Source of the DNA: Pseudomonadota bacterium
GTDB lineage: Bacteria > Bdellovibrionota > UBA1018 > CAIMNF01
Length of the DNA stretch: 64,000 bases
Reading direction: 5' to 3'
Assembly (NCBI GenBank): GCA_027488515.1
Contig: JAIYBN010000005.1
Coordinates: 186,225 to 250,224 of the forward strand
Both the position numbers and the translations under genes were made by a program. Position 1 is the first letter of the stretch. Every line of letters starts with the position of its first letter. The notes below the pieces were generated by a model. That model saw only the letters and a list, made by a program, of their open reading frames with translations, did no database searches and was not told where the DNA came from. Below, in pieces: positions 59,640 through 64,000 of the stretch.

Positions 59640-61288
59640 GACCTGTGTTGATGGCATTGATCGTCCACCTTCTTGCCACATTCACCCTTCTGCCTGTGGC
59701 GGCGTCAGCCGGGATCGTCGCAGGGGTGGCGCTGAGTCGCAAGACTCTGATCCGCCATCCGGCGACACTCGTTTTCTTGTGCTTTGTGATCCTCGCCTTC
59801 AGGGTCTTCACGGTGACTCCCGGTCCTCTTCCCTTTTTCATCGTGTTTTTCGACTGTTTCCTGCTCTGGATGGTGCTGTCTTGGGAAAACAGTCCGGGTG
59901 ACCTGAAGACTTTTTTGAGAGATCTTCTGAAGAACGGGGCACAACTCTCGCTCGTGATCGGCTTGCTGGCGACCCTGTTTTTTTCTGTCTTTCCTTCCAG
60001 TCCGTTCAGGGGGTTCCTCCCCTCATCGAAGAATGCGACGATCGGACTGGGGGCAGGCCAGGAGATCCAACCCGGACAGCAAGATTCCGTAATGGCCTCG
60101 GGTAAGACGGCATTCATCGTCAAGACCGGAGTCGAGATCCCGAAAGAACGACTCTACTGGAGGGCGAACTCTCTCACCACTTCTCTCGACGGTATGCATT
60201 GGTTTCACAAGAAGCCGGTCCGAAACCGGTCTTCGGATCCGGACTCCGAGGTGAAACAAAAGGTGATCCTTTTCGCACACCAGTCGGAGGTTCCGGTGGG
60301 TCTCGACTCTCCGTCCAGGGTCGACGTGATTTCCGAGAACCTGATGATGGCGGGCTCGATGGGACCGGAACCGGACTTGCCCGGGCCGGATACCATCGAA
60401 AGGCGTCCGATCCGCATTTCAGATGCGGTGTTGTCGCGAAAACTCGACTCATGGAGGCCCCGAAAGGCCGGAGACGAATTCTTGCTGCGTGACCGGATCC
60501 TGGACTGGTACGCCCGTGAATTCCGTTACACGCTGAACCCTGGAATCCTCCAACACCCCAGACTCTCGAATTTCCTGCTTCACTCGAAACAGGGCTATTG
60601 TGAGCACTTCGCAGCATCGTTCTCTACAGTCATGCGACACTTGGGAGTGCCCTCTCGCGTGGTGTCCGGCTACCGTGGAGGCACATGGAATCCGATTTCA
60701 GCGAGTTACCGGGTGGATGAGGACGACGCCCACGCCTGGAGCGAATTCTGGTCGGAAAGCAAGCAACGCTGGATCCGCGTCGATCCGACTCTTTCCGTCC
60801 CCGGAGCAACTCCTCCGAACTACAATCGGATCTCAGGTGTTCCCGGTCAGCTCTATGAAGCAATCATCAGCGAGATCAGACTCTACTTCGAGGAGAATCC
60901 CGGATCCGCACTGGCCCTGAGCCTCACTCTTTTTTTCGTGTTCCTCTACGGGATTCTCACTTTCACGAGAAAGAAGCCCGGGTCAACGGAGAAGCTTCTG
61001 GGGCTTTACCGGACCTATTGCCGCCGATGGGAAAAAGCGGGGTTTCCCCGATTCATCCATGAAGGTCCCGAGGATTACCGCATCCGCCTGACGGCACTGC
61101 ACCCCGATCAACGTTCGACCATCTCGGAATTCACCCGTTTGTACGTCGAGCACCGGTACGGAGATCGGACACCCGATCGTGAAGCCCTCGGAGCCCTCGA
61201 AAAAATCCTGAAAAGAATCACTTTTCGAGCCGGGAAAGATCGAGATTCCGGATCTCGGAAGATCGCCACCCCACCCAAGCGACAGTGA
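59636..61288 (+). CDS. TgpA-like membrane transglutaminase (DUF3488 + transglutaminase core)
   Basis: Multi-TM N-terminus, YWRA, GYCEHFA (Cys), AHAWSE (His) and WIRVDPT (Asp). Confidence 0.88.
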   Translation: MRPVLMALIVHLLATFTLLPVAASAGIVAGVALSRKTLIRHPATLVFLCFVILAFRVFTVTPGPLPFFIVFFDCFLLWMVLSWENSPGDLKTFLRDLLKNGAQLSLVIGLLATLFFSVFPSSPFRGFLPSSKNATIGLGAGQEIQPGQQDSVMASGKTAFIVKTGVEIPKERLYWRANSLTTSLDGMHWFHKKPVRNRSSDPDSEVKQKVILFAHQSEVPVGLDSPSRVDVISENLMMAGSMGPEPDLPGPDTIERRPIRISDAVLSRKLDSWRPRKAGDEFLLRDRILDWYAREFRYTLNPGILQHPRLSNFLLHSKQGYCEHFAASFSTVMRHLGVPSRVVSGYRGGTWNPISASYRVDEDDAHAWSEFWSESKQRWIRVDPTLSVPGATPPNYNRISGVPGQLYEAIISEIRLYFEENPGSALALSLTLFFVFLYGILTFTRKKPGSTEKLLGLYRTYCRRWEKAGFPRFIHEGPEDYRIRLTALHPDQRSTISEFTRLYVEHRYGDRTPDREALGALEKILKRITFRAGKDRDSGSRKIATPPKRQ

Positions 61289-62411
61289 GCAGGGTCATAC
61301 TGCCACCAAAGAGGACCGAAGGCACGGTCCCGAGAATCTTCGCCGCCAGGCCTGATTCGAATTCACCGATTTCGTTCGATGAGCCGATGAACACTGCGTT
61401 GACCGCGGCGATCCGTCCACGCAGCCCTTCAGGGGAGCAGAGCTGGACGATGGCACCCCGGATGACCATGCTCACCGAATCGAGGGCGCCACTCAAAAGA
61501 AGGGCTCCGAACGACAGGAGATAACTTTTCGACAATCCGAAGACGAGAACACAAATTCCATAACCGGCGATTGAGCCCAGAAGCTTGGATCCGGCGCCCT
61601 TGGAAACGGGATGCCTGACCAGCACCGTGCCCATCAGGATCGCTCCCATCGCGGGAGCGGCTCTCAACCATCCGAGACCGACCGGTCCAGTGTGAAGGAC
61701 CTCGACGGCAAATACGGGAAGCATGGCCGTCACACCTCCGAAGAGGACCGCGAACATGTCGAGGCTCATCGCAGAGAGCAACACCGGATGGGCCCAGACG
61801 AACCGGAAACCCGAAAGGAGTTCTTCACGCCAGGCGGACGGACGCGCAGTCGGATGCCGGGAGGGATGAAAACGGTTTTCCATCGTCCAGAGCGTGAGTG
61901 AACCGACCACGAGGGAGGAAACACACAAAACATAGGGGAAAGTGTAGCCGCCAGCACCAAGCAGGATCCCAGAAAGCCCCGGCCCCACCACTCCGGCGAG
62001 CTGGAATGCGAGTGCCGTATATGCGGAGAAACGTTTGATCTCACTTCTCGAGATGATTCTCGGGATGATCGAGTTCATTGCGGGAGAAGAGAAACTTCGT
62101 ACCAGACCGGTCAAAAATGCCGCCGAGAAGAGTCCGGCAGGGGTCGTCGAGTTCCATGCGAGCAGAACGGAAAACAGGGAGATCACCATCACCCCTTGAT
62201 AAATACGCAGTGGGTTCCCGCGGTCCACCCACCACCCCGAAAAGGGTGCCAGGACCAGTGCCGGGAGTGCCGCACACAATCCCACCAACCCGAGCATCCA
62301 GGGATCCCGGGTCTGTTCATACATCTGCCATCCCATCAGGACCGCTTGGCTTTGAACGGAGAGCGAGAACAAGAATCTCGCGGAAGTGGCTTTGAAAAAC
62401 TCGGGGTTCAC
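61218..62411 (-). CDS. MFS transporter
   Basis: About 12 TM helices, GWWVDR, LDMFAVLFGG and LRGRIAAV. Confidence 0.9.
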   Translation of the reverse strand: MNPEFFKATSARFLFSLSVQSQAVLMGWQMYEQTRDPWMLGLVGLCAALPALVLAPFSGWWVDRGNPLRIYQGVMVISLFSVLLAWNSTTPAGLFSAAFLTGLVRSFSSPAMNSIIPRIISRSEIKRFSAYTALAFQLAGVVGPGLSGILLGAGGYTFPYVLCVSSLVVGSLTLWTMENRFHPSRHPTARPSAWREELLSGFRFVWAHPVLLSAMSLDMFAVLFGGVTAMLPVFAVEVLHTGPVGLGWLRAAPAMGAILMGTVLVRHPVSKGAGSKLLGSIAGYGICVLVFGLSKSYLLSFGALLLSGALDSVSMVIRGAIVQLCSPEGLRGRIAAVNAVFIGSSNEIGEFESGLAAKILGTVPSVLFGGSMTLLTVAWVGWRSSEIRNLDLSRLEK

Positions 62412-62502
62412 CCCCCCATCATCCCACGGGAGCCGGTGGCCGGGCAGGCATTTTTTACCGACTCAACCCTCCACCCCTCGAGTCCGATAGGTGATTGAAG
62501 GG

Positions 62503-63261
62503 ATGTTCACCATGAAACCATATGCCAACCCCGGGTTCTTGATTTTCGGCATGATTTTGACGATGGCGTTATCCGCGTGTCGCTTTGGAAACTATTCGGA
62601 ATCGCCCAAGGCGCCGGAAAAATTCAGCTCGATCGAGATGTTCCGGACCCAAGCCCGGAACTTCCAGACCTATGTCCAACTCGACGACAACACCGAGAAC
62701 ACCAACACAGCGACACCGCTCTCGGCGATTCCCGAAAGTCTGCTCGACAACTTCACCGACCCGCTCTACATCGCCCAGCCGATCTCCACTCCGGGGGTCA
62801 AACTCTTCATCGGTGCGAGACAGAGTGATTGCTTTTACAATCCCGAGGACTCCTCCTGCATCGGTACCATCGTGGAACCCGACGGAACCATCGGTGTCGA
62901 AACCTCCTCGCCCTTCTCCCAGTTCGGATCCAATCCAGCCTGTAAGATGAATCTGCAGATGCGTCAAAACGGTGCACTGGACCGGACCCGGCCCGGAAGC
63001 ATCACCTACAGCGACGGAACCATCGGTAAAATTTCTGGGGACCTGTTGCTCGACTTCACCATGATCCGTACTTTCCAGGGGGACTGCTCGGGAATCCTGA
63101 CGGTCCTCGCCGATTGTTACACGAACGGAGTCGGGTGCTCGAACGAGGAGCTCTACTGGGCAAACCAACTGTTCGGCTTGTACGCGCGTCAGTCCGGAGT
63201 GCTGCGGATGGAAGATGCGGCAAGGATCAAAGTGCTGGCCTATATGGTTCATTTTGAATAG
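62503..63261 (+). CDS. Hypothetical Cys-containing lipoprotein
   Basis: Lipobox ALSAC and several Cys pairs. No family recognised. Confidence 0.7.
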   Translation: MFTMKPYANPGFLIFGMILTMALSACRFGNYSESPKAPEKFSSIEMFRTQARNFQTYVQLDDNTENTNTATPLSAIPESLLDNFTDPLYIAQPISTPGVKLFIGARQSDCFYNPEDSSCIGTIVEPDGTIGVETSSPFSQFGSNPACKMNLQMRQNGALDRTRPGSITYSDGTIGKISGDLLLDFTMIRTFQGDCSGILTVLADCYTNGVGCSNEELYWANQLFGLYARQSGVLRMEDAARIKVLAYMVHFE

Positions 63262-63272
63262 AATGGGGTCCT

Positions 63273-63911
63273 ATGAGGACAGCCAACACCCTGATCATCG
63301 CCACCGCGAACCGTCATAAAGTGGAGGAGTTCCATGAACTTTTCCATCCCTGGCCGTCGATCCGGATCGCATCGGCCGGTGAAGTCATCCGGAATCCTGA
63401 AAAACTGTCCCTCGTGGAGTCCGCTCCGGATTACCGGTCCAATGCATTGGCCAAAGCGCGCGCCTGCAACCACGGTTGCCATTACCCGTCACTCGGTGAC
63501 GATTCGGGTCTTGAGGTCGACGCCCTCCAAGGCCGTCCCGGTGCCCGCTCGCATCGCTATGCCCTCCCCAAAGCAGGCGAAACCCAGGACCAGAGCAACA
63601 TCAAGAAACTTCTCGAGGAGCTGAAGGGCGTCCCCGCTGAAAAGCGAACAGCACGATTCATCTGCAGGCTCGCCCTGGTTCTGGAAGGAACCGTGGTGGA
63701 AACCGAAGGCGTTCTCGAAGGAACCATTGCGACCGAACCCTCCGGCAAGGGCGGTTTCGGATATGACCCGGTCTTCATTCCCGCCGGTCAGACCCAGACC
63801 CTCGCCGAGCTGGGCGCTGAGTTCAAAAACCGCATCTCCCATCGTGCACTCGCAGTTCGGTCGCTGATGGAAGAAGTGCAAGGCCGGGAAATCGTATTTG
63901 CCAAGCCCTGA
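63273..63911 (+). CDS. rdgB: Non-canonical purine NTP pyrophosphatase (RdgB/HAM1)
   Basis: ATANRHK, NALAKA, DDSGLEVDALQGRPG, GFGYDPVF and KNRISHR. Confidence 0.95.
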   Translation: MRTANTLIIATANRHKVEEFHELFHPWPSIRIASAGEVIRNPEKLSLVESAPDYRSNALAKARACNHGCHYPSLGDDSGLEVDALQGRPGARSHRYALPKAGETQDQSNIKKLLEELKGVPAEKRTARFICRLALVLEGTVVETEGVLEGTIATEPSGKGGFGYDPVFIPAGQTQTLAELGAEFKNRISHRALAVRSLMEEVQGREIVFAKP

Positions 63912-63926
63912 TCCGTTGCCCGCTGT

Positions 63927-64000
63927 TCAGTAAGAATAGCGATAGTAGAGCCACTTCAAATATTCGAATACCGTGACCCGGACAGCGTACTCGTCACGGT
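63927..64000 (-). CDS. Possible 3' end of a minus-strand gene entering from outside the window
   Basis: Open frame RDEYAVRVTVFEYLKWLYYRYSY* converging on rdgB. Too short to identify. Confidence 0.3.
   Translation of the reverse strand, partial: RDEYAVRVTVFEYLKWLYYRYSY

Noticed and set aside
57881-61288. moxR-DUF58-transglutaminase operon as a novel system
   Set aside because: This is a known conserved triad (as in the Pseudomonas tgpA operon). Only its upstream arrangement is unusual.

Overview
This 64 kb window is gene-dense, GC-rich bacterial chromosome with many abutting or overlapping genes. I found no CRISPR array, rRNA, integrase or transposase. The gene content (secreted hydrolases, PilZ/HD-GYP, FecR and HAMP-PP2C proteins, an extended L21) suggests a Bdellovibrionota/Oligoflexia-type organism; this is inference. 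Most genes are housekeeping: translation and RNA modification (truB, trmJ, hflX, sua5/tsaC, rplU-rpmA-obgE-nadD-rsfS-rlmH, rsmI, tgt, rdgB, tRNA-Ser(GGA)) and cell envelope (kdsD, murF, murJ, a lytic transglycosylase, an L,D-transpeptidase, DsbA, tatA). There is also a Zur-like/TonB/ZnuD-like zinc-uptake module with two palindromic operators, a SulP-carbonic anhydrase pair, an ABC exporter and a moxR-DUF58-transglutaminase operon. The most unusual items are these. (1) An intact 652-aa biotin-carboxylase/biotin-carrier homologue has lost most catalytic residues and the biotin-accepting lysine, so it looks like a pseudo-carboxylase; it heads a murJ/transglycosylase gene run. (2) A candidate ~165-nt sRNA has a clear sigma70 promoter, three AGGGA motifs that can sit in hairpin loops, and an intrinsic terminator. 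(3) An 86-aa Lrp/AsnC-like protein has 14 Trp, and its terminator abuts the moxR start codon. (4) Tgt is fused to an MnmC-like methyltransferase. (5) A membrane-anchored coiled-coil protein carries a FliM/CheZ-like LAQDVIDALL motif. All family calls come from motif recognition by eye; no database search was run.
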